A DNA stretch of 40,617 nucleotides, from NCBI GenBank assembly GCA_025363695.1, contig JANYDI010000148.1, forward strand, positions 1 to 40,617, written 5' to 3'. Positions within the stretch are counted from its first letter, which is position 1. Every line of letters starts with the position of its first letter. The notes beneath the pieces were generated by a model that saw only the letters and a program-made list of their open reading frames with translations, was not told the DNA's origin and made no database searches. Made by a program: the position numbers and the translations under genes. Below, piece after piece: positions 30,570 to 37,970 of the stretch. Origin of the DNA: Opitutia bacterium. Its GTDB lineage: Bacteria > Verrucomicrobiota > Verrucomicrobiia > Opitutales > JANYDI01.

Positions 30570-30697
30570 GCGTAGGCGCGTTTTTAAGAGCCTAGTTCTA
30601 GGCGCCTCGGAGCGCAAGACCCTGAGCGTATCCTATATACGTGATGGGTCTGAGCACCGCGGCAACAACGAAATAGGCCGTAAAAACGCGCCTACGC
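30570..30697 (-). repeat. Long hairpin in the rplU-rpmA spacer, closed by a 17-bp perfect stem that contains the rplU stop codon
   Basis: GCGTAGGCGCGTTTTTA (30570-30586) is the exact reverse complement of TAAAAACGCGCCTACGC (30681-30697). The 94 nt between them contain sub-hairpins GCCTAG-TT-CTAGGC (30590-30603) and AGACCC...GGGTCT (30618-30651). The arm sequence resembles B-module arms (CGATAGGCGATTTTTA). Confidence 0.8.
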
Positions 30698-31006
30698 AAC
30701 AATGGATTCGACCTGGATGACGGAAAGCTCCTGCCTATGCCCCTTGCGGCGCTTATAGCCCTTACGGCGCTTTTTCTTGAAGACGACAATCTTTTCGCCG
30801 CGCTTGTGCTCTAAAATCTTTACGGTTACTTGAGCTCCGGGAACGTAGGGCGTACCGATCCTAAACTGACCTTCTTGACTGACGCCAATGACGTCATTTA
30901 TTATTACATTACTACCGCTTTCGTAGTCGCTATAGCGATTAACAAAGAGGATGTCGCCCTCCTCAACGGTAAACTGCCTTCCTTGCATTTTGATGATGGC
31001 TTTCAT
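30692..31006 (-). CDS. rplU: 50S ribosomal protein L21
   Basis: MKAIIKMQGRQFTVEEGDILFVNR...VKILEHKRGEKIVVFKKKRRKGYKRRKGHRQ. Confidence 0.95.
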   Translation of the reverse strand: MKAIIKMQGRQFTVEEGDILFVNRYSDYESGSNVIINDVIGVSQEGQFRIGTPYVPGAQVTVKILEHKRGEKIVVFKKKRRKGYKRRKGHRQELSVIQVESIVA

Positions 31007-31101
31007 AAAGAGAGAGGATGCAAATAGCTTTCAGCATTTTTAGCAAGCTTTTTCTCTTTTTTTATCGTCTTAAACGTAATTTTCTCTTTATTTTAGACAT
31101 C

Positions 31102-31734
31102 ATGTCACGCCTTCCCTTCTATTTTCCTGAGTTTACCCCAGCTCAATTAGAGCGTTTTTCAGCTTGGGCCAGCTTGCTCAAGCACTGGAACACGCAGCTT
31201 AACCTCATCTCCCGCAAGGACATAGACAACCTAGAAGCCCAGCACCTGCTTCCCTGCTTGGGTTATTTAAAGCTTAAATGCATTGAGCCTTCGATGACGC
31301 TCCTAGACCTTGGGACCGGCGGCGGCCTCCCGGGAATCCCCTTGGCCATCGCCCTTCCGGAGGTCCATTTTATCCTGGTAGACAGTGTGGCCAAAAAAAC
31401 ACGGGCCCTTGAGGCCATCTGTAAGGACCTCAAGCTCGACAACGTAAGCGTTATTTGCAGCCGCGCTGAAGACCTCAAAGCCCAAGCTGACTTCGTCATC
31501 GGCCGGGCCGTGGCCCCCTTTGAAAAACTCATTCCCTGGAGCCGCCCCCTGTTGCGTAAAAAATCCGCACAAGGCCGCTTGGCTCCAGGCCTTCTTTATA
31601 TGAAGGGGACCCATTACGCCCAAGAACTCGCGGGCCTTGACATCCAGGCCTGGCAGGCCTGGCCTCTAGAAAGCCTCCTAAGCGGCGTTACAGGAGCCAT
31701 CGACAAATATATTATCTATGTTTCCTTGACTTAA
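31102..31734 (+). CDS. rsmG: 16S rRNA (guanine527-N7)-methyltransferase RsmG (GidB)
   Basis: ...WNTQLNLISRKDIDNLEAQHLLPCL...LLDLGTGGGLPGIPLAI...VDSVAKKTRAL. ATG at 31102 preferred; the track's 28 extra codons are low-complexity spacer. Confidence 0.88.
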   Translation: MSRLPFYFPEFTPAQLERFSAWASLLKHWNTQLNLISRKDIDNLEAQHLLPCLGYLKLKCIEPSMTLLDLGTGGGLPGIPLAIALPEVHFILVDSVAKKTRALEAICKDLKLDNVSVICSRAEDLKAQADFVIGRAVAPFEKLIPWSRPLLRKKSAQGRLAPGLLYMKGTHYAQELAGLDIQAWQAWPLESLLSGVTGAIDKYIIYVSLT

Positions 31735-31766
31735 TAAGCACATTGTGACACTTCTTTTGGTAAAAT

Positions 31767-32747
31767 ATGAAAGCTAAAATCATTTTCCTGGGTTCTGACC
31801 CCATTGCCCTACCCCTCCTGGACGCCCTCGCCCAAAGCCCTGCCCAGCTCCTAGGTGTTTTTACCCAGCCGGACAGACCCCATGGGCGTGGGCAAAAATG
31901 CAGCCCTGGAGAGATTAAAACCTGGGCCATGGGCAGAAATCTGCCCATTTTTCAGCCAGAAAAAAAACCTGGCAAAGACGAAATTGCCTGGATTTACAAA
32001 AATCAAATCGACCTAGCCATCGTCCTGGCCTACGGACACCTCCTCACGCAGGCATTTTTGGATGCCCCCCGACACGGCGTGATCAACGTACACGCCTCCC
32101 TGCTCCCCGCTTACCGAGGCCCATCACCCATCGAAACAGCCGTAGCTATGGGAGAAAACCAAACAGGGCTATCCCTCATGCGCCTAGTCCTCAAGATGGA
32201 CGCCGGCCCCGTCATGGCTCAAACAACCCTCCCCATTCACCCCGAAGATACGTCTGCGCAGGTCCGTCAACGCATGGCCGTGGCCGCTCCGCAGCTGGTC
32301 CTTGAGGCGCTAAGGCCCATTTTGAGCAATAATGCCGTTTTTATCGAACAAGACCACGCCCAAGCCACCTATTGCCGCATGCTAACCCGTGCCGATGGCG
32401 CCATCGACTGGAACCTATCCGCCCAGACCCTCGATGCCCGTATCCGCGGATTCACCCCATGGCCAGGCGCCTATACCTATACCTCAGAAGGCCTTATGCT
32501 CAAAATCGGTAGCGCCCAAGACCTCGAAGCCCCCTGCAATGCCGCCCCAGGAACCCTCCTAGCTGCCAGCGATACAGGCCTTTACGTGGCCACAGCCCAG
32601 GGAACCCTCTGCCTAAAAAACCTTCAACGCCCAGGCGCCAAAATGCTCCCCGCTGGCCTCTTTCTAAGAGGGTTTCCCATGCGCATAGGTAGCGTTTTCG
32701 GAGGAAGTCATCTGGCCGAACAAGCACCCCTGAGTGTTAAAGGGTAA
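31767..32747 (+). CDS. fmt: Methionyl-tRNA formyltransferase
   Basis: MKAKIIFLGSDPIALPLL..., ...INVHASLLPAYRGPSPIE.A..., 326 aa. Confidence 0.93.
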   Translation: MKAKIIFLGSDPIALPLLDALAQSPAQLLGVFTQPDRPHGRGQKCSPGEIKTWAMGRNLPIFQPEKKPGKDEIAWIYKNQIDLAIVLAYGHLLTQAFLDAPRHGVINVHASLLPAYRGPSPIETAVAMGENQTGLSLMRLVLKMDAGPVMAQTTLPIHPEDTSAQVRQRMAVAAPQLVLEALRPILSNNAVFIEQDHAQATYCRMLTRADGAIDWNLSAQTLDARIRGFTPWPGAYTYTSEGLMLKIGSAQDLEAPCNAAPGTLLAASDTGLYVATAQGTLCLKNLQRPGAKMLPAGLFLRGFPMRIGSVFGGSHLAEQAPLSVKG

Positions 32748-32774
32748 AGGGCCAAGAGTAAAAGGTAAAAGGCC

Positions 32775-33107
32775 AAGGGGCGCTTGCGCCCCTTAGGATC
32801 CCCTTTCCGATAGCGATTTTCTAAAATGCGCAAGCGCATTTTGGGAAAATCGCTATCGGGAAGAAAATACTAAGACCTCCCCGGATTCCTTCGGAATCGA
32901 GGTAACCTAAGAAATATAACTATTTATTTGAACCACAAAATGAGAGCCCCCTGACATGTGGTTTTAATAATTCAAAAAATACTCCCGGATCGCTTCGCGA
33001 TCTGTGGGGGCCTTAGTATATTCTACCAGGTAGCGATTTTATTAAAATGCATCGCATTTTATAAAATCGCTACCTGTAGGGGATCCTAAGGGGCATAAAT
33101 GCCCCTT
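32775..33107. repeat. Composite palindromic element E3
   Basis: A 32775-32794; B 32807-32859; C 32884-32898 GATTCCTTCGGAATC; centre with AACCACA...TGTGGTT (32931-32963); C' 32988-33002; B' 33027-33076; A' 33088-33107 AAGGGGCAT-AA-ATGCCCCTT. Confidence 0.9.
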
Positions 33108-33140
33108 GGCCCTTTCACTGAAATACTTTTCCTCGGGCCT

Positions 33141-33189
33141 AAAAAAAATAAACCCGAGAACCCATGTTGTGAACCACGGACTCTCGGGC
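33141..33189 (-). terminator. Intrinsic-terminator-like hairpin plus T-run (minus strand)
   Basis: Minus strand reads GCCCGAGAGTCCGTGG..loop..CATGGGTTCTCGGG followed by TTTATTTTTTTT. The G-T pairs in the stem are wobbles only in the minus-strand RNA (they are A-C mismatches on the plus strand). It lies 230 nt downstream of the kinase stop. Confidence 0.5.
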
Positions 33190-33271
33190 ATAACGTGAAC
33201 CTAACTGGGCGCCGTATGAACCTTATAAAACAGACTCTACAGCTCCGCAAGGGCGATTCCCGACTTGATAC
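33153..33271 (+). repeat. Family-2 repeat, copy 1 (hairpin ... AGCTCCGCAAGGGCGATTCCCGACTTGATAC)
   Basis: Matches the reverse complement of 40164-40282. Both copies have the CCCGAGAAC...TCTCGGG hairpin, a 45-50-nt spacer, then AGCTCCG(C/T)AAGGGCGATTC(C/T)CGACTTGATAC. Confidence 0.8.
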
Positions 33272-33419
33272 CTAATTCAATTTACTAAAACCTACCCCAC
33301 CACGAAAACATAAATTTCCTTAAAAAGCAAGCTTTTTTTAAAAATAGTTAAAAATAAGGTTCAAATTTTAAATGAATTTATTATTAAATTTAAAAATATT
33401 ATAATATATCTTTGAAACT

Positions 33420-34355
33420 TCAGCCTGAAACCTTCCCAGCCAAACTACTGATATACTGGGCAAACTTTTCATTCGTAGGGCCATAGTGATCATGATACAA
33501 ATAATCTTCCAGGACGCTCAAAAACTCATAAGCCGTGGCGTAGCGCCTGGATCGTGGACGTTCTAAAACTTTTTGGAGGATTTTTTCTAGCGGGGCATCG
33601 ATGTCGAGGCGCAGAGCTGAAAACTCCGGCAAAGGCAGCTGCAAAATATGGTTGCGCGTCAGCTCACCGCTTTGGGCCTCAAAGCAATTATGGCCCAAAA
33701 GCAACTCTGCAAGGATGATGCCGCATGAAAACAGGTCTGCACGGCCATCGGTGACTTCCTTGCGCGCCTGCTCGGGCGACAGGTACGCATCGTGGCCAGC
33801 AATGACCTCGCCCTCCTTATTATACATGAGGTCCAGGGCCTTGGCGATGCCAAAATCCGTCAGCTTAACATCGCCTTCTAAGGAAATCAGGATGTTTCGC
33901 GGCGTCACATCTCGGTGTACAATCCCCAGACTGCGACCGCAAGGGTCCATTTTACTATGCGCATAGGCAAGCCCTCGGCACACACGCGAAACGATAAATA
34001 CAGCCCATTCGACCGGAACCGGGCGTCCACGCATGCGATGCAGCTCCAAAAATTCCTCCAAATTCATCCCCTGAACATACTCCATGGCCATGAAATACCG
34101 CTCCTGAACAATGCCCAGATGGTAGATTTGCACAATATTGGTATGAATCAGATCCGCAACCAAAAGCGCCTCACCCACAAAATTATCCCTAAACAGCTTA
34201 ATGGCCGAAAACTCTTCTCGAATCAGCTTGATAGCCACGGTTTTTGAAAACCCTTCAGCCCCCAGCTGCTGCGCCTCGTACACAATGCCCATGCCTCCAC
34301 TGGCAATCTCACGCAGCAAACGGTAATTAAAAGCACTGTGAAGCATACTGAGCAT
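33420..34355 (-). CDS. Hanks-type Ser/Thr protein kinase, catalytic domain only (311 aa)
   Basis: Gly-loop [16 protein letters not shown] lysine, catalytic loop [15 protein letters not shown] (LTDFGIAKA), APE-like SPEQ. No TM or sensor domain. Confidence 0.88.
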   Translation of the reverse strand: MLSMLHSAFNYRLLREIASGGMGIVYEAQQLGAEGFSKTVAIKLIREEFSAIKLFRDNFVGEALLVADLIHTNIVQIYHLGIVQERYFMAMEYVQGMNLEEFLELHRMRGRPVPVEWAVFIVSRVCRGLAYAHSKMDPCGRSLGIVHRDVTPRNILISLEGDVKLTDFGIAKALDLMYNKEGEVIAGHDAYLSPEQARKEVTDGRADLFSCGIILAELLLGHNCFEAQSGELTRNHILQLPLPEFSALRLDIDAPLEKILQKVLERPRSRRYATAYEFLSVLEDYLYHDHYGPTNEKFAQYISSLAGKVSG

Positions 34356-34362
34356 AAATGAG

Positions 34363-34391
34363 AGTTTATCATATATGGAATGTTAAATCAA
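34363..34391 (-). promoter_or_regulatory. Candidate sigma70-type promoter of the kinase gene (possibly leaderless mRNA)
   Basis: Minus strand TTGATT (34391-34386) - 17 nt - TAAACT (34368-34363), then 7 nt to the ATG at 34355. No purine-rich SD in between. Confidence 0.35.
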
Positions 34392-34430
34392 TAGGAAAGT
34401 TCTCGTGTTGGAAGTGGAAAGGAAAGGGCC

Positions 34431-34689
34431 AAGGGGCACAGGTGCCCCTTAGGATCCCCTTTCCGATAGCGATTTTGTGAAATACTGCGTATTTCAGCAA
34501 AATCGCTATCGGGAAGCCTATACTAAGGCCTCCACAGATCCCTTCGGGATCGAAATTAATGTACTCCCGGATCGCTTCGCGATCTGTGGGGGGCTTAGGT
34601 TCTTCTACTAGGTAGCGATTTATTATAAATACGTAGTATTTTAATAAATCGCTACCTGTAGGGGATCCTAAGGGGCGCAAGCGCCCCTT
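34431..34689. repeat. Composite palindromic element E4 (compact form, almost no centre)
   Basis: A 34431-34450 AAGGGGCAC-AG-GTGCCCCTT; B 34463-34512; C 34537-34551; C' 34570-34584; B' 34610-34657; A' 34670-34689. The track ORF 34369..34680 is just this repeat read through. Confidence 0.9.
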
Positions 34690-34695
34690 AGCCCT

Positions 34696-36084
34696 TTATC
34701 CTTGGACAGCAAGCACTGTGAAGCCACTCGGCCCATCCTTAACCTTCCAGCCGGCCGCCAGGAGCTGCTGACGCAGGCTATCGGCGCTGGCAAAATCGCC
34801 TTTAAGCTTGGCCTCCCAGCGAGCCTGAGCAAGGGCCTGGATTTCCGCGGGAACGACGACAGACTCAGCCTTTGGGAACCTTAACCCTAGCGCATAAAAA
34901 ACGGTTTTCAAACCAGCAAGAACGCCCGAAGCTTGAGCATCCAGTGTATTGAGGGTTGAAAAAAGGGCCCCCAAGGCCTTGGGTGTATTGAGGTCCTCGC
35001 ACAAAGCTTCATGGACCGCCTCAAAAGGACCCCATGGGGCGCTGGGTTCATGGCCCGTTGGGCCCGTTTGGGCTAACTGCTGATAACTGTGAACATGGCC
35101 TTCAAGGCGTTTAAGCGCTCCTTGAGCAGCCTGCAGCGCCTCGAAGGTAAAATTCAAAGGCTGGCGATAATGCCCCGAAATCAAGGCGTAACGGACCGCA
35201 TCGGGCGTATAGCCCTTGGCTTGTAGGTCCTCAAGCGTGTACTTATTGCCCAGGCTTTTACTCATTTTTTGACCATCCACCTGCAAATGCGCGCTGTGGA
35301 ACCATTTTTGGGCACAGGGCTGGCCGGTGGCGCCTTCGCTTTGGGCAATTTCATTTTCGTGGTGAGGAAAGCATAAATCAATACCTCCGGCATGCAGGTC
35401 CATATTGGTACCTAAGTACTTCATGCTCATCGCACTACACTCAATATGCCAACCCGGGCGCCCGCGTCCCCAGGGGCTTTCCCAAAAAACAGCCCCGTCT
35501 TCTGCCTTGTAGGCCTTCCATAAGGCAAAATCAGCGATACAGTCACGGTCATACTCATCTGCAAGGTTCGGCGCTTGATCGCTGTTTTCAGCCTGAGTCT
35601 GCAAGGCGCTACGATTCAGCCGACTCAGCTTTCCATAGCTCAAAAAAGCCTTTACTCGAAAATAGATCGATCCATCTCCGCCGACATAGGCCTTCCCGCG
35701 CTCCAAAAGCTGCGCAATCAGGGCGATCATTTCCGGAATATGCTCCGTTGCCTTAGGCTCTACATGCGGTGGCAAGAGGCCCAAAGCTTGGCAATCGGCC
35801 TCAAAACTTTGAGTCCATTTTTGGGTAAAGGCTGATAAAGACTGCTGGCTCTCCTGAGCTCCGCGAATCGTTTTATCATCCACATCCGTAATATTACGGA
35901 CATGCAAAGGCTCTAAGCCCTCTAGCTCCATCAAGCGCCTCAGGACATCCTGCAATAAAAAAGTCCTAAAATTCCCAATATGCGCCGGCCCATACACCGT
36001 CGGCCCACAGCAATAAAAACGTAGGCGCCCCTCCGGCCTCAAGGGCTCCACCGCCCGCGTAGCCGTGTTGTATAGCGTAATCAT
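34696..36084 (-). CDS. cysS: Cysteine--tRNA ligase
   Basis: MITLYNTATR..., HIGH variant (PAHIGNFR), KMSKS present. ATG at 36084 preferred over the TTG at 36099. Confidence 0.94.
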   Translation of the reverse strand: MITLYNTATRAVEPLRPEGRLRFYCCGPTVYGPAHIGNFRTFLLQDVLRRLMELEGLEPLHVRNITDVDDKTIRGAQESQQSLSAFTQKWTQSFEADCQALGLLPPHVEPKATEHIPEMIALIAQLLERGKAYVGGDGSIYFRVKAFLSYGKLSRLNRSALQTQAENSDQAPNLADEYDRDCIADFALWKAYKAEDGAVFWESPWGRGRPGWHIECSAMSMKYLGTNMDLHAGGIDLCFPHHENEIAQSEGATGQPCAQKWFHSAHLQVDGQKMSKSLGNKYTLEDLQAKGYTPDAVRYALISGHYRQPLNFTFEALQAAQGALKRLEGHVHSYQQLAQTGPTGHEPSAPWGPFEAVHEALCEDLNTPKALGALFSTLNTLDAQASGVLAGLKTVFYALGLRFPKAESVVVPAEIQALAQARWEAKLKGDFASADSLRQQLLAAGWKVKDGPSGFTVLAVQG

Positions 36085-36090
36085 CCCCCC

Positions 36091-36119
36091 ATTGTCCAAA
36101 AACCCACCCCCAAAAGCAA
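36091..36119 (-). promoter_or_regulatory. Candidate promoter of cysS
   Basis: Minus strand AAAAAACGC-TTGCTT (36119-36114) - 17 nt - GACAAT (36096-36091), then GGGGGG and the ATG at 36084. Confidence 0.3.
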
Positions 36120-36135
36120 GCGTTTTTTAAGGGCC

Positions 36136-36431
36136 AAGGGGAGCAGTGATCCCCTTGGATCCCCGAATGGGAGTTTTAGCGGGGCCTTTTGAGCGGGGAC
36201 TGTGTCACCTTCGCGCTCGAGTGCTGTAGCACACGTCGCGCTAGGTTCCTTGTCCGCGCTCAAAATTCCTCCGCTAAAACTCCCATTCCGAGGCAGTTCT
36301 AAAAGCACACCCGGATCGCTTCGCGATCTGTGGGGGGCTTAGTATATCCTTCCAGGTAGCGAATTGTTAAAATGCATGCATTTTAACAATTCGCTACCTG
36401 TAGGGGATCCTAAGGGGCGCAAGCGCCCCTT
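36136..36431. repeat. Composite palindromic element E5 (the left B slot holds a different 124-nt hairpin)
   Basis: A 36136-36156 AAGGGGA-GCAGTGA-TCCCCTT, then GGATCCCC. Long hairpin 36165-36288 with 18-bp outer stem GAATGGGAGTTTTAGCGG / CCGCTAAAACTCCCATTC. C' 36314-36328; B' 36353-36400; A' 36412-36431. Confidence 0.88.
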
Positions 36432-36468
36432 ATCCCCTTGCCCTTTCCTTTACCTTTAACCCCTTCCT

Positions 36469-37719
36469 TTACCGGCATTTTCCCCAACGGGATGAAATGG
36501 GATAGTATATGAAAAACGCGCGACCGACGAGGGCTTTTTCGGGGATGGGGCCAAAGGAGCGGCTATCGCCGCTTTCGTAGGAGTTGTCGCCCATGCCGTA
36601 GTAGTGGTTTTTTGGGATACGCTCCTTAAGGCCCTTGGCGAGGCGTCCGCGCTCGGAATAGCCTCGAAACCCGGGCAATTGCTGGGCATTGGCCTCAAAG
36701 GCGGCATTACCGCTAATCGGAGCTCCGTTGCGATAGAGCACAGGGCTTTTGACCTGCAGTGTGTCTCCAGGTAAGCCGACTAGGCGCTTGATAAAGTACT
36801 CTGCAGGCCTGTCATTGAGCGTTTCCATCGTGTCGGTACGAAAAACAATCGGATCTCCTAAATTGGGTTTTTTAAAGTGGTAACTAAAGCGATCTACGAA
36901 GAGGATATCTCCGGAAAGAATATCGAAATCCATCAAAACAGCATTTTCTTTTGGGTAAATATCCGTGTGTAGGCATACCTCTTGGCTGTTGACATCGTAG
37001 CGGTTGTTGATAATCTGGCTGCGATAAAATTCCTGAAACGAACGCGTGTTTTCTGCAAACAGGGCATCGTGCAGGATCTCATCAAGACTGAAATCTCTAG
37101 GCAAATAAAGATCGATGAGCTTGTCGTTCACGTACAATTGATAGTGACGTTCTATCGACGGCAAAGGCGTAAAACGACGTACCAGCGTGTAGCGCACCAG
37201 GCCTGTGCCTGAGCGTGGGTCATCCGGGCCAAAAACCGGGATTTTAAGCATTCCAGCCCCGGGAGATTTTACGGTATAGCTCTTGCGCCAATTGCGTATG
37301 CGCTGCCACAGGTCTCCGACAAACCCTGGCCTGGGCGCCGCCTCCGTATACACCAAAGACTGCATGCCACTATAGGTTGGATACATTGAGTTGGTCGGGA
37401 TCTGGAAAGGATGCAAAAAGAAAAACCGCACCCCAATAGCCAAGAGCGCCGAAACGATAAAGACCTCCACATTCTCAGCCCAAAACCGTTTTGGAAAAAA
37501 TGTCCCACCCAAAACCGTCAACTGCCCCTCCAAGGCCGTCGTCCTCACCTTCAGCCCCTCTAACGAAGTTTCCTCCAAAGCCCTCTCCAGCCCCTCAACC
37601 CCGCCCGTCAGCTGCTCCACTTGCTCGCCGCTCATAAGGTCCCGCCGGTAGTGGTACACCTTCCGTGCACACGCCAGCACCGCTTCCGCTCTGTTACGCC
37701 ATTGTTTGATTTCTTTCAT
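36469..37719 (-). CDS. lepB: Signal peptidase I
   Basis: IPTNSMYPTY (Ser box), ...IKRLVGLPGDTL..., GDNSYESGDSRSFGPIP; 416 aa with a long N-terminal region. Confidence 0.92.
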   Translation of the reverse strand: MKEIKQWRNRAEAVLACARKVYHYRRDLMSGEQVEQLTGGVEGLERALEETSLEGLKVRTTALEGQLTVLGGTFFPKRFWAENVEVFIVSALLAIGVRFFFLHPFQIPTNSMYPTYSGMQSLVYTEAAPRPGFVGDLWQRIRNWRKSYTVKSPGAGMLKIPVFGPDDPRSGTGLVRYTLVRRFTPLPSIERHYQLYVNDKLIDLYLPRDFSLDEILHDALFAENTRSFQEFYRSQIINNRYDVNSQEVCLHTDIYPKENAVLMDFDILSGDILFVDRFSYHFKKPNLGDPIVFRTDTMETLNDRPAEYFIKRLVGLPGDTLQVKSPVLYRNGAPISGNAAFEANAQQLPGFRGYSERGRLAKGLKERIPKNHYYGMGDNSYESGDSRSFGPIPEKALVGRAFFIYYPISSRWGKCR

Positions 37720-37740
37720 AAGGATTGGATTGGATTGATT

Positions 37741-37959
37741 TTTGGGGGCGCTTGCGCCCCCAAACCCCCCATTGGAAGGCGATTTCCTTAAATGCTGCGC
37801 ACTTTTAAAAATCGCCTTCCAAGGAGCTTAGGTGTTCGATCCCGAAGGGATCTAGAGGGTGCCTTGTATCGCCCTATCCCGATGGCGATTTTCCTAAAAT
37901 GCGCAGCATTTTAGAAAATCGCTATCGGAAAGGGGATCCAAGGGGAGCTGGCTCCCCTT
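37741..37959. repeat. Composite palindromic element E6, in the lepA-lepB spacer
   Basis: A variant 37741-37764 TTTGGGGGCGC-TT-GCGCCCCCAAA; B 37772-37822 TTGGAAGGCGATTT...AAATCGCCTTCCAA; C 37838-37852 GATCCCGAAGGGATC; B' 37879-37928; A' 37940-37959 AAGGGGAGC-TG-GCTCCCCTT. Confidence 0.88.
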
Positions 37960-37970
37960 GGCCCTTTAAA

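Noticed and set aside
33340-33420. The TATAAT at 33400-33405 in the very AT-rich stretch after the kinase stop as a plus-strand promoter
   Set aside because: There is no -35 partner. It points antisense into the kinase gene, and such a hexamer is expected by chance in an 80-nt run of nearly pure A/T.
34369-34680. 103-aa track ORF between the kinase gene and cysS. Similar ORFs lie at 29836..30093, 36081..36308, 37899..38216 and 30598..30789.
   Set aside because: Each is a read-through of a palindromic element or structured spacer, or is antisense to lepA or rplU. They have no SD, no recognisable protein features, and no conservation between element copies.
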